The translations under genes and the position numbers were made by a program. Of a stretch of DNA of 64,000 nt, positions 12,891 to 26,820 are shown piece by piece. This DNA is from Octopus sinensis (Eukaryota). The notes under the pieces were generated by a model. That model was given only the letters and a program-made list of their open reading frames with translations. It searched no databases and was not told the origin of the DNA. Position 1 is the first letter of the stretch, and every line of letters begins with the position of its first letter. The stretch lies in the NCBI RefSeq assembly GCF_006345805.1, contig NC_042998.1:86180001-86244000 (forward strand). Reading direction: 5' to 3'.

Positions 12891-14349
12891 AGATGTTCCA
12901 GTAGGAAGATTTTGAAATCATATACAAGCAGTCATTAGCCCAGGATGTTAACCCCACAGCACAGTCACTGTGCTTCTCTAATTGATTAAAGATTATAAAC
13001 TATTTTGAGTACTATGAATCAAAAACATTAAAACATTAGCATGTATTTTTGCTAACTGCATTTTTATAAGTCATTTCTTAAATTACCAAAAAATAATGTT
13101 TTCTGAATTACACTGAGCCAAGATCACAATGTGTACACTGAGTATTTTCGTTCTGCTTTAGTCATTTTTGAAGGTTTCAGTTTATTGTGCTATTGATTCT
13201 AGTACAACTCATAGACATTTAAAGCCTTTTGTTTCGAATATTATTATGACTGATTTTCAACAACCTTCATTTCAGTTGACATTAAAAAAAACAAGTTATG
13301 CATGTGACAGATGTAGATGAAAAATATTCAACTACCATGCCTCATTTGATACTTTTCTATTGTGCAACTGGTTTGATATTTGGTATAAAGACTGCTTCAA
13401 CTACTGTCCTCTAGCTAAAATTTGTGGTCTTTCTGATGAATATTGTATGACCTTGTTTGTGTAGTTTATTTTCCCTTTTGTGTATGGGTATATTGTTTCT
13501 ACATGACTGAAAATAGGCTTCAGATTTTATGGCATTAGCAGACAAGAAATAAATTTTTCCTTTGACAGGACTATAGTATATTGCAGTTAAGATTATCAGA
13601 TAATCAAACAGATAATCTTGATGTTGAACTGAGATATGTAGAGTCTATTATTTAAAACTTAGTGTCCAAATAAATAATGAAACGCTCTTTGTTACACTGA
13701 ACTCAAGATTTATGAATAAATAATCCACTATCATATCTTTATAGAGACATACACATGTACATGTTTGTGTGTGTGATGGGGGACTCTTTAGTATTGGTAG
13801 ATAAATGCTCTGGTACTGGTAGCATAATAAAATGCACCCAACCAATGCTGTAAAATAGATGGCAGTGGGAAGGCATTTGATCATAAAAACCATGTCAAAA
13901 ACATAAAAGGAAATGAATATGTGATCTCCACAAGTCACAGTGAAGTCAACCTGCCAAGGTGAGCAGTAACTTTGAGTAACATCAGATATAGGATAGAGAG
14001 AATTCTGTAGTCCTGGCTGAAAATCCCTATAATGCTGGCGGTGCAATAAGAATGCACCCATTCACTTCTACAATAAAAATTAGCCCATGGTAGCTTTCCC
14101 TTCTGGTACATGTATCCTGGCAAGTGAAGGGTCATGGCAAGTGCTGAAGGGTGAGAGGTTATCATCCAATCCATGGGAGCATGAAAAAGATGATGATGAT
14201 GACGATGACAATGATGATGATAAGGGTAAACCCAAATTTTAAAACATCATACTTATCATGTCATGCATGAATGACCTTGACTTTAAATCTGATATAGTCA
14301 CATCAGTTAGTCATTAATCTACACATGCTAGAATGATTGTCTGTTTCTG

Positions 14350-14490
14350 TGCATTTCACAGTTTGCCTAAATTGAATAATGAAGGATTGAAAAAGCAATA
14401 TATCTGTGTGAAGTTCTATTTAAAAATCTCTTACGGAAACTATTTGGATGTTGCAACAGGCTTGTAGTAAGTTTTGATTTAGCCATATAC
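14350..14490 (+). mobile_element. Short decayed mariner 5' remnant
   Basis: Reads approximately MKD.KKQ.ICVKF...TETIWMLQQA, resembling a mariner transposase N-terminus. Confidence 0.4.
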
Positions 14491-14831
14491 AATGTCATAC
14501 ATTTATGTATTATGAGCTATCATTTATGGGTGAAGTGGCATTTGAGATACATTATTGATAGAAGACTTGTTTACATAATTCTCAATGCTTCCATATTTAT
14601 ATTCTGAATGTAAACAAACTTGGTTTCTCACTTATTAGATAAAAGCAACTGATTTGGATGGATTAAAGTCAGAGAGTTATTCTAGTGAATTGGTATCATG
14701 ACTGTCTTTCAGGTAGCTTTCTGCCTTGTTAATCTGGTGTATTATGAGACAGTATTTAGTATTTATAGCTGGGTTGGTATTCAAGACACATCTCATATAG
14801 AAGACTTACATATTCCTTGATGTTTCCTCAT

Positions 14832-14894
<63 letters not shown>

Positions 14895-15039
14895 ATATAG
14901 ATATATATAAAGGTAATAGTGTAGCTGAAGTTAATCATTCTTATCTCTCTTTTCTAGATGTTTTCCTATGAAATAAATTTATATCATGTTTTTAAAAGAT
15001 GCAAAATTAACTTGATCTATTAAACAAAAATTTCCTTAC

Positions 15040-15093
15040 CGTTCTGTTGATTTTCCTTTACTTTTATTTTTTGAGGCAAATTACTGGTGGCAG
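15040..15093 (-). CDS. Host cadherin-like gene, coding exon 2 (54 nt, phase 1-1)
   Basis: TTTTTTTTGTTATGTCAG|CTGCCACC...CAACAGAACG|GTAAGG encodes (A)ATSNLPQKIKVKENQQN(G). It joins in frame to both neighbours, and V-x-E-N followed by G-T-V-V matches the start of a cadherin repeat. Confidence 0.8.
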
Positions 15094-16656
15094 CTGACAT
15101 AACAAAAAAAATTGAAGTATATTGAAGTATCTGGTATGGCATATGAAGCATTGGTTGAAACAATGAAATAGAAATATAAAGTAGTATAATTCTTTTATGA
15201 TCAAATCTATAATAAACTATTTAGCTTGCTGAAAAGTAAATGTACCATAAACACTAGTAACAAACAGAAAGTTTGATTCAATTTCTATTTGATCAATTTT
15301 TTAAAATTATTCTTAATTTAGATATGTAGAACTTTTTATAGTTTAAGACCAGCAGAAGATAAAAAAAAATAAAGACTTCAAACTGAAATTAAAACTCAAT
15401 TTGAAATTCAATTCGATAAAAATTCAAATAATGATGTTCAGATTTGGATCTACTTTCAATTCAAATTTTGATTTCTACTTTTTACTTTTTTAATGTAAAT
15501 CTCAAAATTCTAATTTCTAATCCTCAATGGGAACAGTTTTTACAAACGGTAATCAAAATTTTAATTTCTTGGAAAACATTATTATTCTAATTAGAATTAC
15601 AAGATTTAATTCTCAGAGACTAAAATTAAAATGGTACAGATCTGAGAAATAGATGGCTCATTTAGCTGGCTGTACTCATTACACTTATGATTTCTAACTA
15701 TAGATAGATGCCACCAGATCCAAGACACATTACAAGAAAGAAAAAACCTTTAGTTGTGACCCTCTTATGAGGTCAGTATGTGTTTCTTTTTAAACAATAA
15801 ATCATTTAATATGTTGGTATTTTTTATGCTGCTTACTTCAAGTTTCATGTTTAAAAAGAAGAGATAAGGCAAAACAAAGGAAATCTCAGAATCAAATATT
15901 GGGTTTACAATTAATCAATAACAGAAAATTGTCATTGTTGATTTGCTTTCTTTAGTCAGCTCAGCCTTTTAAAGGATCAGTCAATTAGTTCTCTAGTTGT
16001 AAGAAGCTTGTTTTTATTCTGAGCATGAAGACCTAAGATTATATTTTGCCTCCAATAGTAGGTATGTAAAGGAAAATTTTGCTGCAATATCGACAGTTCA
16101 AATGGTTACATGGATGGTCACTTGCTGGTTTGGCTTTTACTAAATAGAATTTAGCTGACTAATTATTATATTAAACTGAAACAAAATGTTTTTTGTGTAT
16201 CTACCTCTAACCATTTCAGCCTATTTTGCTGGAATTCATAACGGAAGGCTACAGTTGAGAAAGAGATCAGATTAGATAATTAGTGGATGCATTGGTAGAA
16301 GAATAAATTGAGCTAAAATTTTATCATAACAAAGTAAATCTTTTTACTGTGTTATACTAATTTTGAATATGAACACAAAAGTTTAACAGCCATCATCAAA
16401 TCAATATCTTAGAAGTGTCAATAATTAAGAATATTCACTGTCTACCAATATATACAATGTTTAATTTCATGTGAAGATATCAGGCTTGAATAAGTTATAT
16501 GTGGCAAATAAATCCTTTAATAAAGTACAAAGCTATTTTTATGGGTGATGCATTTGACTGATTAAAATGACTAATCAAGTTTTAAAATCCTCTTCCAGTA
16601 TAAAATATACAAGATAATATCATGAGAATCAAGTCATGTCTGATGTTTACGACTAA

Positions 16657-18770
16657 CATTGACGAGTTGACAAATTGAAACTTTTTTTAATCATCAGAGT
16701 TGCTGATTGACTTTTCTGGGTTAATTTTTGATGCTGATTACAAATCTGAAGTCTGATTTCCTCTATCAGGTAACATTTTCATGTTAATGATACCTGCTGT
16801 TTTCACTTGTAAGATACGTAAAGCATGTCTATATAAAGTATATAGAATACAAGATACGATAATTTCATGGCTTTTTATTATACAAAATTAACATTATTGT
16901 GTACAAATAAACTAGAATACACTAAAATGCATAACAAATGGATTTGGACTTTCTATGGTGTTTTGTCTCAGGTTCATGCCAGTATAACATCCAACAGTAG
17001 TCAGCTAACATTCCTGTATTCCAAAATCCTTGATATCGTTGTTCCATCAATGCAATATCTTGATGGAAGCATTCTCCTTGCTCATCAGACACTGCTCCAA
17101 GGTTCTCTGCAAAAAAGTCCAGATGTGAATCAAGGAAATGGATTTTTAGTGACATCCAACAGTCCATTGCAGCGTAGGAGTCTAGAAGACATTTCACTCC
17201 ATTTCTAAATTCTAGAGATCTCTTGCTGCCTGGGAAATTTTCACAGAGTCATTTGAAGGATTCCCAGGCTTTAAGCTCAATCTTATCCAATGCTGTGAGG
17301 AAGTGGTTGTCCTTCAGGAGTTCTTTTATCTGCTGATCTATGAATACACCCTCCTTCAGTTTTCCCTCGGTGATTTTTGGAAATTTGGGCTTCACATATG
17401 CAATACCTTTTGAGCTTTTCCTGGCAAGTGTTTTCACGAATTGTTTCATGAGACTAAGCTTTATGTGAAGAGGGGGAAGAAAAACATTTTCTGGGTTTAA
17501 AAGTGGCTTACTCTGGATACTAGAAACTGCTGGTTCATATGATTTTTGCAAAGGCCACTCTGATTGCACATAGTGCTTGTTAGTTGCAGGACTGTCCTAT
17601 AGGCATGAAAAGCAACAATATTTGGTGAACCCAGATTGCATTCCCATCAACTTCAAGTCTCCACATATTTTCCAGCTGTAGTTTGTATACTTTATAGCAT
17701 TGAGGAGTACTTGCATGATTTCATAACACTCCTTCATGTACACTGAATGTCCTATAGAAATGGATGGTTTCTTATTGCCGTTGTGTAGTAGTACTGCTTT
17801 GATGCTTCTCTTAGATGAATCAATGAATAAGCACCATTCAGCTGGAACATGCTCTTGGAACAAACAGTGAAATAACTCATCAGTATTATTACTGAAACAA
17901 AGTAGTCCATCAACAGAGAAGCATGAAGTCAGACCCCTATTTCTCTTCCTGAAATATGTAATACAAACATCTTTCTTAAGCAGACATTTTTCTTGTAGGC
18001 TAATAGTTCAGCTTTATACTTTAACAATGACAAGTCTCTAACTAAATCATTTAACTCTCCTTGAGAAAATTTCTGTGGTACATCTTCATTTTCAATCATG
18101 AAATCTGCACCCACTTCGATGTCTTCGACAGCAGTAATATTTTCTTTGGGAAATACATCTTCATCAGACATCTGAAGGCCATTTTCTGGTGGTATTGGAA
18201 TAGGAAGATCTTCACTGTTGTGTGGTACTGGTCTTCTTGCTGATTCCAATTTGGGATACACAATCTTATGCTTGGTCTTTACAGTAAACCCACATACATT
18301 AACATTGCAGAAATAACAGTCCAAGAAATGATCCTTTGGCTCTCTCCATATCGTAGGTATTGCAAACGGCATTGCTCTCTTCCTCTTATTTAGCCAATCT
18401 CTTAGTCCATTTGAACAAACTGAGCAGATGATGTGCAGGGCCCAACTCTTATCTTGTTCCCCGAGAGAGCAGCCAAAGTATAACTGGTAGATCTTCTTGA
18501 TTTCACTTGTGATGGCACGTTGCTGAGCTTTGCTGGTAAATGGACCAGACATGACAAAATATATCAGGACTGTTCTTGCAAAGCTTTGACATAGTCAGAA
18601 TTTACTTGTATAAGACGTTTACATGTAGAGATACTGCTGATGGGAGTTATATACCTCTCTTATCTCATCAGAAAAACTGTGCCTGATAGAAGGAAACTGA
18701 TTACAGTTTTGAAATCTGTGGACAAAACTACATATAAAACACCCTGATGAAAATTGGCTGTTGACCAGTG
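16657..18770 (-). mobile_element. Chapaev3-like (CMC superfamily) DNA transposon with frameshifted transposase
   Basis: Ends CACTG.../...CA(G/A)TG with TAA on both sides (16654-56, 18771-73). Shared subterminal GATTTC...CTATCAGG. ORF pieces YFGCSLGEQDKSWA, WREPKDH..DCYFC, PPLHIKL.LMKQFVK and SDEQGECFHQDI...RYQGFWN match Chapaev3 transposases as I recall them. Confidence 0.75.
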
Positions 18771-19349
18771 TAATTTGTTTCGTAGAGTAAGATAAAAGAC
18801 ATATATCTCAACACAAGATGCTTGTATATTAAGGCTGCATCCTCAAAGAATCTAATAAGATGGACTGATATGTACAACAGTAAAGTTCATACACTGAAAC
18901 ATAGTAAAATGCCTACAGCCAATCTCAATCATAACCTGTAATGTGTATGTATCTATCTATGCAAATGTGTATGTACATGCATGTGTGCACACATGTGTAT
19001 GTCTGTGTGTGTGTATAGGAGACCACCTTTGGTATAGGTTGTCAATTACCTTTCAGGGCAGCCACTGACCCACACCAGGCTCCCAAGCCTCACATATGGC
19101 TCCACTAACTGTCAGAATGTTACAGAGTGTCATCTCCTATATGACAACATTAGTACCCTCAATCAATTTGGCCACATCTTGCCACTGCATAAGGAAGTCA
19201 CAAGCAAGAGTGTAAGACTAGTCATCCTATGCAACCCTTCATCTCTATAATTCAAGCCTAGAGCAAGGAAAGACTGAAAAATCTTGTGGCAATAGGAAAA
19301 CAGCAAACCAGCAAGCAAGAATACACCAAAGACCAGCTACACACCTACA

Positions 19350-20640
19350 CTCAGAAGGTTTAGTCCTTCTCTGTTGAACTGAATCAGCAGTGAAGTACAC
19401 AAGCCTCTTACTTAACTGGACAGCCAATTTCAGGATCTTCTCAAATACAAACTGCTTAATCCAACCCTGGCAGGAAATCCTTGGTTAATAAGGATCCCAT
19501 TTCAGCAGATGAATAACAAAAAAAGCAGAAAAGATTACTAATGTACATGAAATGTATGCACCCTTCTCATCAACACCAAAGTAGACACACCAGAAAGATG
19601 AAGTGAACAGGCTGCAAGAGAATCGTTTTTCTATAAGATGGACATAGTATTTAGCAAAACGCAGCATCCAGATAAGGGCCAGCTAATGTAACTAAGCAGA
19701 GGATAAATCTTCCAGAGTAGTTGGAGTTGTGAGAAGCATTAAAATGCTGGTATCATTTTTACCATCAAGTCACAGTTTGGAAAGAATGGTGTTGCTCTAC
19801 AAGCAAAGGCAATTACCTGACAATCTTCATGCTTCCACTGATTATGTGGTGACCCTCAAGCTTCCATTCTCATCAGTGTCTATATTTCAATAGTATCAAA
19901 CTCAAACAACACAAAAATAGTTTTGCAAAGAACTAAACAGTCTCTTGAATGCTATCCCCATGTTGGAGAAAACTGTCCATTCTGGCAACTTCAACAACAT
20001 GGTCAAAGCCAGCTATAAATTCTGAGAGGAGCTATAGACAGGCATGGCATCAGAAGCTACATCAGCAATGGGTTCCTGGTTGGGCTGATGCTCAATCAAC
20101 CCACCTAACAAAACATCATTATTGCATGCATGCTCCAAGCACTGGCACTAAATTATGTCATCCTCAGGACATGGAATCAAGAGATGGCGATGACAAGGTT
20201 GATGTGCAATGCTGGTTTCTGGCAAGACCAATGCTGGAAAGATCATGTCAAGGCAATAGTCTGTTCAAAGGTTCAATGTTTCCAAGCTCAAAGCTCAGAC
20301 AATCTTGGCCAATCTCTTCACAAACTTTGACTGTAGAGTGATTCATACCTCACATAAGGAAAAGATACCATTGAAAATCTATGAGCTTCCTTCAAAGAGC
20401 TCACTGACCCAATCACTTGCAACACCAAAACTGGATTGGTGAAAATGACAAAGAGATCTATAACTATGTGAGACCTGAAGTGATTTTGGAATGCACTGAT
20501 GGCTATCTATAGTCCATAGTCCTTTGAATCACCTCTTCTTCAGCACTAACAGCCAAATATTTCTCACAAAGAACAGCAGATGTAGAGCTAGACACACTAT
20601 TTTGATAATTTGATGAATAGGCCATCTTCAATCTATGAGT
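19350..20640 (+). mobile_element. Old RTE (BovB-like) endonuclease-region remnant
   Basis: Degenerate APE-like stretches (LISVY, ILATST for ILGDFN, NYVILR, TRLMCNA), heavily mutated. Confidence 0.55.
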
Positions 20641-20759
20641 AAGTTAGAAAGAAATTTCAGGCCTGGTATGAAAGGGCCATAAAGTTAATTTAGTAAGTAC
20701 CAAAGTACTAGCAATACTTATTAAAAAGAAAAACAGAAAAATTACTAATCCCTTTAGGG

Positions 20760-21450
20760 AGGTTCTGCTCAATATGTAAAAACGGTGAAGGTAGAAATTC
20801 TATATGGTGCACCCAGTGTTGCTATAGACACATAAGAGGTACAGTGGAATCACAGGAAGGTTAATAGAGAAAATACTCAACACACAGGGAATAATTTTCC
20901 TCCAATGCCTAAGGGGATCCTTAGAGGTAACAGTTTTTGTTACCAAGTGACCAAAATTAGCAGTGGATCAGGATGCTCTGGAAGTGTAATTGCTAGAATA
21001 AGAACCAGCTGGGCAAAGTACAAAGAGCTATTACCTTTTCTTGGTAAGAAAGGGCTTCTTCCTCAGAGTGAAAGGAAGATTGTATGATGCTTGTGCATGA
21101 AGAGCTATGCAACATGATAGTGAAATGTGGGCTGTGAAGGCTGAGAACAAGCACAGACTAGAAAGAAATGAAGCCAACATGCTCTGCTGGATGTGTAATG
21201 TCAATGTATATGTACAACAAATGTGTATATGTGTTGACAGAAAAATCAGATATAAAAGGTGTAGGATGTAGTGTGCAAGAGACAAGACTGTGCTGGTCTG
21301 GTCATGTGATGTATATGGATGAAGAGAGATGCATAAATATGATGGTTGATGGCTACTGAACAGGCAAATTATTGTAGATGTTGAGCCTCACAGAGATGAT
21401 TACAAAGGAGTGAGACGATAGGCTGTGATTGAGAAGATTTGTCCAGCTAA
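20760..21450 (+). mobile_element. Decayed RTE ORF2 3' fragment
   Basis: SVIARIRTSWAKYKELLP and LYDACA..AMQH.SE motifs. Confidence 0.7.
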
Positions 21451-21796
21451 GTAAAATTGAGATACTACCCCACCCCTGACAACTCACACCACCATAACAA
21501 GCCAAACACTTCCACCCATGTTCACCACTCATTATCTTCCCCTCTTCTCTATCTCCCACTGTCATTTCACTCCCTCACAAACTTACCTGCATGCAATTTG
21601 TCCCTCTGTCTCTGTCAAATCTCTTCTTCATACCATCTTCTAACACTTCCCCCTTTCTACTTGTGTCCACTCACTACAATCTCTCTCCTCTATTTCCCAC
21701 TCTCCTTTTGCAGATTAATTTACTTGCCCAACCACTCCCCTTATCCAATATATATATTGATTATTCTTAAAAATGTTAAAATCTTCGTTACTGTAC

Positions 21797-21860
21797 CTTC
21801 AACTGTGCTAAGCATCAACAACAAATTAACGAAAAGGATGGAAAGCATCTTGTACATCAT
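21797..21860 (-). CDS. Host cadherin-like gene, coding exon 1 (signal peptide)
   Basis: Minus strand reads TCTTGTTTCAG|TAACAAA ATG ATG TAC AAG ATG CTT TCC ATC CTT TTC GTT AAT TTG TTG TTG ATG CTT AGC ACA GTT GAA G|GTACAG. This gives MMYKMLSILFVNLLLMLSTVE, a hydrophobic signal-peptide-like stretch with a phase-1 donor. The acceptor 7 nt before the ATG implies an upstream non-coding exon. Confidence 0.8.
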
Positions 21861-22734
21861 TTTGTTACTGAAACAAGATTTTTGAAAAAAAGAGATAAAA
21901 TATTATTTCATGTATTTTTCATTTTAAATTTATTTCATTCTTTTTTTTTATATTTTAAAATGTCAAGAAATCATGCAACCACGTTAAATATATTATAGTA
22001 TTTAGTAAAATTAAGGCAAGTTCTTTCTTTTTTCCTTCATTAGAAATATCTATTAAAATGTGATTAACTTTGTTACCTTTAGACAATATTTTCCAGAAAT
22101 AGCCATCTCTAGACTTCCTTAATTTTGGCACAATGCCAGCAATTTTGGCACAATACCAACAGTTTTGGGAGAGGGAGTAAGTGAATTACATCAACCCCAG
22201 TGATCAACTGGTACTTATGTTACTGACCCTGAGAGGATGTAAGACAAAGTCAACTTTGGTGGAATCTGAACTCAGAATATAAACATAGACAAAATGCTGC
22301 TAACCATTTTGCCTGACTAATGATTCTAACAGCTTTCTCGAAGTATTGTTCATATAATACTTCTTCTGCTTACATATTGCAATCATGCTTCTTATTGGTA
22401 AGTGGGCTCAGTAATCAAGGGGTTTGTCTCTGTGCCAATACATAGCACAGACCTAATAATGGAATTGGAATATTGAAGCAGGGACTCTATATATTATCAG
22501 AGAAAGTCTCAATGCATTCCATTAAAGTTTCAAGTTTTACATTATCTGTATTTTGTGTACAATATGTTGTTGCCTTTTGACAATATTTTCCAGGAATAAC
22601 CATCTCTAGACTTTCTCAATTTTGGCACAATGCCAGCAATTTTGGCACAATACCAACAGTTTTGTGTACAATGTGTACTCTATAGTACAATATGTACTCT
22701 ATAGTTCTATTTCATATATACTGGTATAAAACTT

Positions 22735-23075
22735 ATACAAGGCACATTCCAGAAGTTTTCAGACATTTTCGAGAAAGACATTTATTCATTTCAAAAAAGT
22801 ACAAAACATTGATTTCCTTCAAAGTAGGATCATCTTATTTCAATGTAGCCTCCTTCATCTTTCAAACAACTGTCCCTGATGTTCTCCTTCAACTTGAGGA
22901 ACAACCAAAAGTCACAGGAAGCAAGGGCTGGACTCTAAGGAGGGTGAGGAACAGCATTGATGCCCGTCTCTGTCAACTTGTTGATTACCATAATGCTCAT
23001 CACTGAGCATTCTGGGAGGATATTTTGCACAAATTTTGAGCATATTCAGATCTTCATGAATAATTCTGTGTACAG
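22735..23075 (-). mobile_element. Internally deleted mariner remnant
   Basis: ORF 22912..23133 contains ISASTVHRIIHEDLNMLKICAKYPPRMLS. TIR-like TATACAAGGCACATTCCAGAAGTTTTCAGAC at the left end. Confidence 0.6.
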
Positions 23076-23089
23076 TTGATGCAGATATC

Positions 23090-23302
23090 AATGTTATGTA
23101 AATGGCACTTGTGCTGGTGGCACATAAAAGCACCCATTATACTCTCAGAGTGGTTGGCATTAGGAAAGGCATCCAGCCATAGAAATCATGCCAAATCAGA
23201 CTGGAGTATGGGGCAGACTTCCAGCTTGCCAGCCCTGGTCTTATCGTCCAACCCAACAGATGTCAAATAATGATGATGATGTCAAATGATGATGATGATG
23301 AT
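23090..23302 (+). mobile_element. RTE tail
   Basis: AAAAGCACCCATTATACTCTCAGAGTGGTTGGCATTAGGAAAGGCATCCAG followed by (GAT)n. Confidence 0.8.
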
Positions 23303-23329
23303 GAGTTGTCATGCCAATTCCAAACTATA

Positions 23330-24290
23330 TGATTAATGTCTTTATCGACACATAACAGTCTTCATCCAGAAAATTCACAATTTTCTCGACTTGACATACA
23401 AGAGCTCAATGAGATAATGGAGAAGGAAATAAAAGAGCAAATGAGGATTGAATATTTCCAAAGAATGAGGTTGGTGTTGTGCTCAAAATTGACCAGATAT
23501 AATAAAATCCAAGCAGTTAATACATGAATGATAGCATCACTTCAGAATGGAACTGGAATCATAAACTGGCAAAAGAAAAAAAAACTGATGAACATAGCTA
23601 TGAAGGCAAGAAAAATGTTGACTGTGCTTGGAGCCTTCCACTCTAAGAGGGACACTAATAGGTTGTACTTGCCCAGAAGAAAGGGTGGGAGAGATTCGAT
23701 CAGTTGCTAGGGTTGTATTGAAACAGGGGAAAACAGCTTAGGGTGGTATGTAAAAAATACCGTGGAATTATTGTTGAAACATGTGAAGAAATCCAGCATC
23801 ATTAAAATTGATAATTGTGTAAAGAAAGAAAAACTTTAAGAGGAAAAGAACACAAAAAAACAAACAGCATGGAAGGAGAAAAATGATGTACAGTCAGTTT
23901 GCAAGAGTTATGAATGCCAAGACAGATACAGAAAAACGGCTATAAATGAGGAAGTGTTACCTGAAGATAGAAACAGAAGCACTTATATGCACAGCTCAAG
24001 AACAAGCACTAAGGACAAAGAGAAACGATATGGTATGAACAAACCTCATAGGGTCAATGAAAATGAAAATTGCAAAATCCTTTGGGATGCAATGATTCAG
24101 TGCAATTACCTGACCAGACATCAGAAACCAGACATTATTGTGGTGTATAAAAAAGGAAAGAACTTGCATGATAACTGACATAGCATGTCCTAATGACAAC
24201 AGGATCAAAGAGAAAGAAAAAAAACTGAACAACTACGATGATTTGAAGTGGGAAATATGAAGGTTGTGGTCAATGACAAGAGTAGATGTG
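23330..24290 (+). mobile_element. Decayed Dong/R4-clade LINE 3' part
   Basis: RLYLPRRKGGR, KILWDAMIQ, QKPDIIVV (restriction-like endonuclease PD motif). Confidence 0.75.
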
Positions 24291-24809
24291 ATGCTTGTAT
24301 ATGTAGACGATATGCTTGTACATACATACATCGTATATGTCTACATATACAAACACTACACAACATGGTATGAACCTTATACATTTATACATACAGATAC
24401 ACACACATATATACACACAACTAAATACACAAAAGCACATATATACATACACACATATGAACATGCAGTCCTTATAAATGTACATATAGATGTAAATATA
24501 TACATATATACTCATAAGTACTTACAAATATACTCATAAACACATACATCTACACTGACATATACATATATGAGGTTCACATAAGTACATACATATACAT
24601 ATACGATAGTCTGACAGGCGCATCTACAGACATATATGGGTACAGGGATTGGGGAAACCTTTTCTCACAGAACAGGAGTGTGGTTAGCTTGGGAAGAAAG
24701 TCATGTATATTTAGATTGAAATGGTGAGAGTGGGGGTGTGCTAGTGAGCATAATGTGTTAGCAAAATAGATGCTGTTTTAACATACAGTAATACTTAAAA
24801 CTTTTATTA

Positions 24810-26820
24810 TTATTATCATTATTATTGTTGTTGTTGTTACTATTATTATTGTTTGCATTATTCCTTCATAACACAGTGTAAGTAAAAATGCACCAGAGTC
24901 TTTAGTCATCTGTCAAGTCTCAACGAGGACCTCAGACAGATAATACTTTCCTTAAGATGTGTGCTATGCCCAATAAGGCTGCTTTTTGCATAATGTCAAT
25001 CTTGCATGGGATTTCCAGTTATCTTAAGAAGTTTTGAAGTTTCAATGGGATTGAGCCCAATGCTCCAATCACCACTGGTATCACTTTTACATTACCCTCT
25101 CACATTCCATACAGTCTTGCCATTTCCACTTTCAATTTGGAGTACTTAGTGATTTTTTCAACCTTTTTATTCCCAACATTCATGTCATTTGGTATGGCTA
25201 CATCAATGACTATTTGTCTTCCTTATTCAATATGACAATATCCTGCAGACAGTGTTCAATAACACGATCTGTCTTAAAATCATAGTCCCAGAGTATCATT
25301 ACTTTTCCATCCTCCTGCATAACTTTACTTGATACATGCTCACACCAGTTCTCTGTTACTTCATATTGGTATTTATGGCATAAAAGCCAATGTAGATACA
25401 CACACACTTATCATGGCGGCTTTTGTATTCTTTTTGAGCATGGCTCTCACAACTATTTACCAAGTGGGTCACATTTTCCACACTCTTTCCACAGTCTGTA
25501 ATTTTGGGTGTCAGAAGTTTTATATGATCAGGCTTTCAGTGGTACACTTCAAATCACCTCGTTCAAGCCATGCCCACAATGCTGTATTATCCTTAACATC
25601 TTGTGTATTCCTTTCAAACTGTCCATGCATTCTCATTTCAAGGTCTTCTTTTCTCTTCTCCTCAGCTCTTTGGTTAAACTTTTCCTTACCTGTCATTTCA
25701 TCTGCATTTACACCCATATCTCTCATGGCATATTGCAGTAGGTCTTCATCATTATTTATCATATACTCAGCAAGTGTTCTCCTTTCACTCCTTATACAAT
25801 GGTCTATACTAATTAGTTCTCTGCTACCATTCTTTCTTTTTGTATACATACTGTTTATGTTTGCTTTAGGGTGTAGCACTCCATGCAGCGTCATCAACTT
25901 TCTCGTCCTTCTATCCAGTGTTGATATTTCCTCCATAGTCCATTTGAGGATGAATGCACTATATCTGACCACTGCAACTGCCCAGATATTCATTGCGGTA
26001 ATCAAATTTTTGGCATTCAGCTTGGATTTCAACACCATCTTCACCCTTTTTTGATACGCCTCGCTGACTTTGACTTTCATTTCTCTGTGTAGAATGTCAT
26101 CCAACTCCAAAATTCTTAAATATCTATACCCATTACCGTTGGGTTCACCCATAGTATCTCCTGATGGTAACTGCAATCCTCTGGAGGCTGCTTTCTTCCC
26201 TCTTTTCATATTAAGTACTGAGTATTTGGTAATCCCAAATTCCATACCAATGTCACTACCACACTTCTGGACTTTTTTGGTTAAGGAATCTATCTATTTT
26301 TCAGATTTCCCAAACAATTTCAGGTCATCCAAAACCAGAAGATGGTTCAAAGATGGGCCTTTCTTCCCACATCGGTAACCCATGTTAACTTTCCTAAGTG
26401 TTATTGTTATGGATATTAGTGAAATTACAAAAAGTAATGGTGAAACTAGTCACCTTGGAAGATTCCCCTTTTAATATTAACTTCTTCAAAGAATACATTA
26501 CTTGAGTGCAATTTGGTTTTCTACTTTTTCATGCTATGCATCAGAAAATTTGTGATGTCAGCAACACCAAACATCTGCAGGCATTCAACAATCCAAGAAT
26601 GAGGCATCATATCATATGCATTCTTAAAGCCAATCCAAGTTATAGATATGTTTGTATGATGTTTTATACAATGTCTCAAAACTGTTTTATCGATGACCAG
26701 GTGATCCTTGGCACCCTGAGAACTCTTACTACATCCTTTTTGTTCTCTCGGTAGTATTTCTTCCTGTGCCAGGAAAGGGTATGTCTTTGCTGCACATATT
26801 CCAGTGAGTATCTTCCAGAT
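24810..26820 (-). mobile_element. Dong/R4-clade LINE, 5'-truncated, with (TAA)n on both sides
   Basis: ORF 25520..26245 (LDRRTRKLMTLHGVLHPKANINSMY) and VMILWDYDFKTDRVIEH. ATT repeats at about 24810-24850 and 26830-26890. Confidence 0.8.

Noticed and set aside
18744-18756. CTGATGA hammerhead-like heptamer
   Set aside because: Lies in the Chapaev terminal repeat with no stem II, GAAA or helix III.
21580-21592. Strong alternative donor CAG|GTAAGT downstream of coding exon 1
   Set aside because: Extending exon 1 to it crosses an in-frame stop, and I found no convincing acceptor for a separate exon.
21457-21885. 142-aa plus-strand ORF
   Set aside because: Low-complexity pyrimidine-rich sequence antisense to the signal-peptide exon, with no recognisable domain.
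22080-22670. 85-bp direct repeat about 500 bp apart
   Set aside because: It corresponds to a SINE tail segment and is most simply a local duplication of a common repeat.
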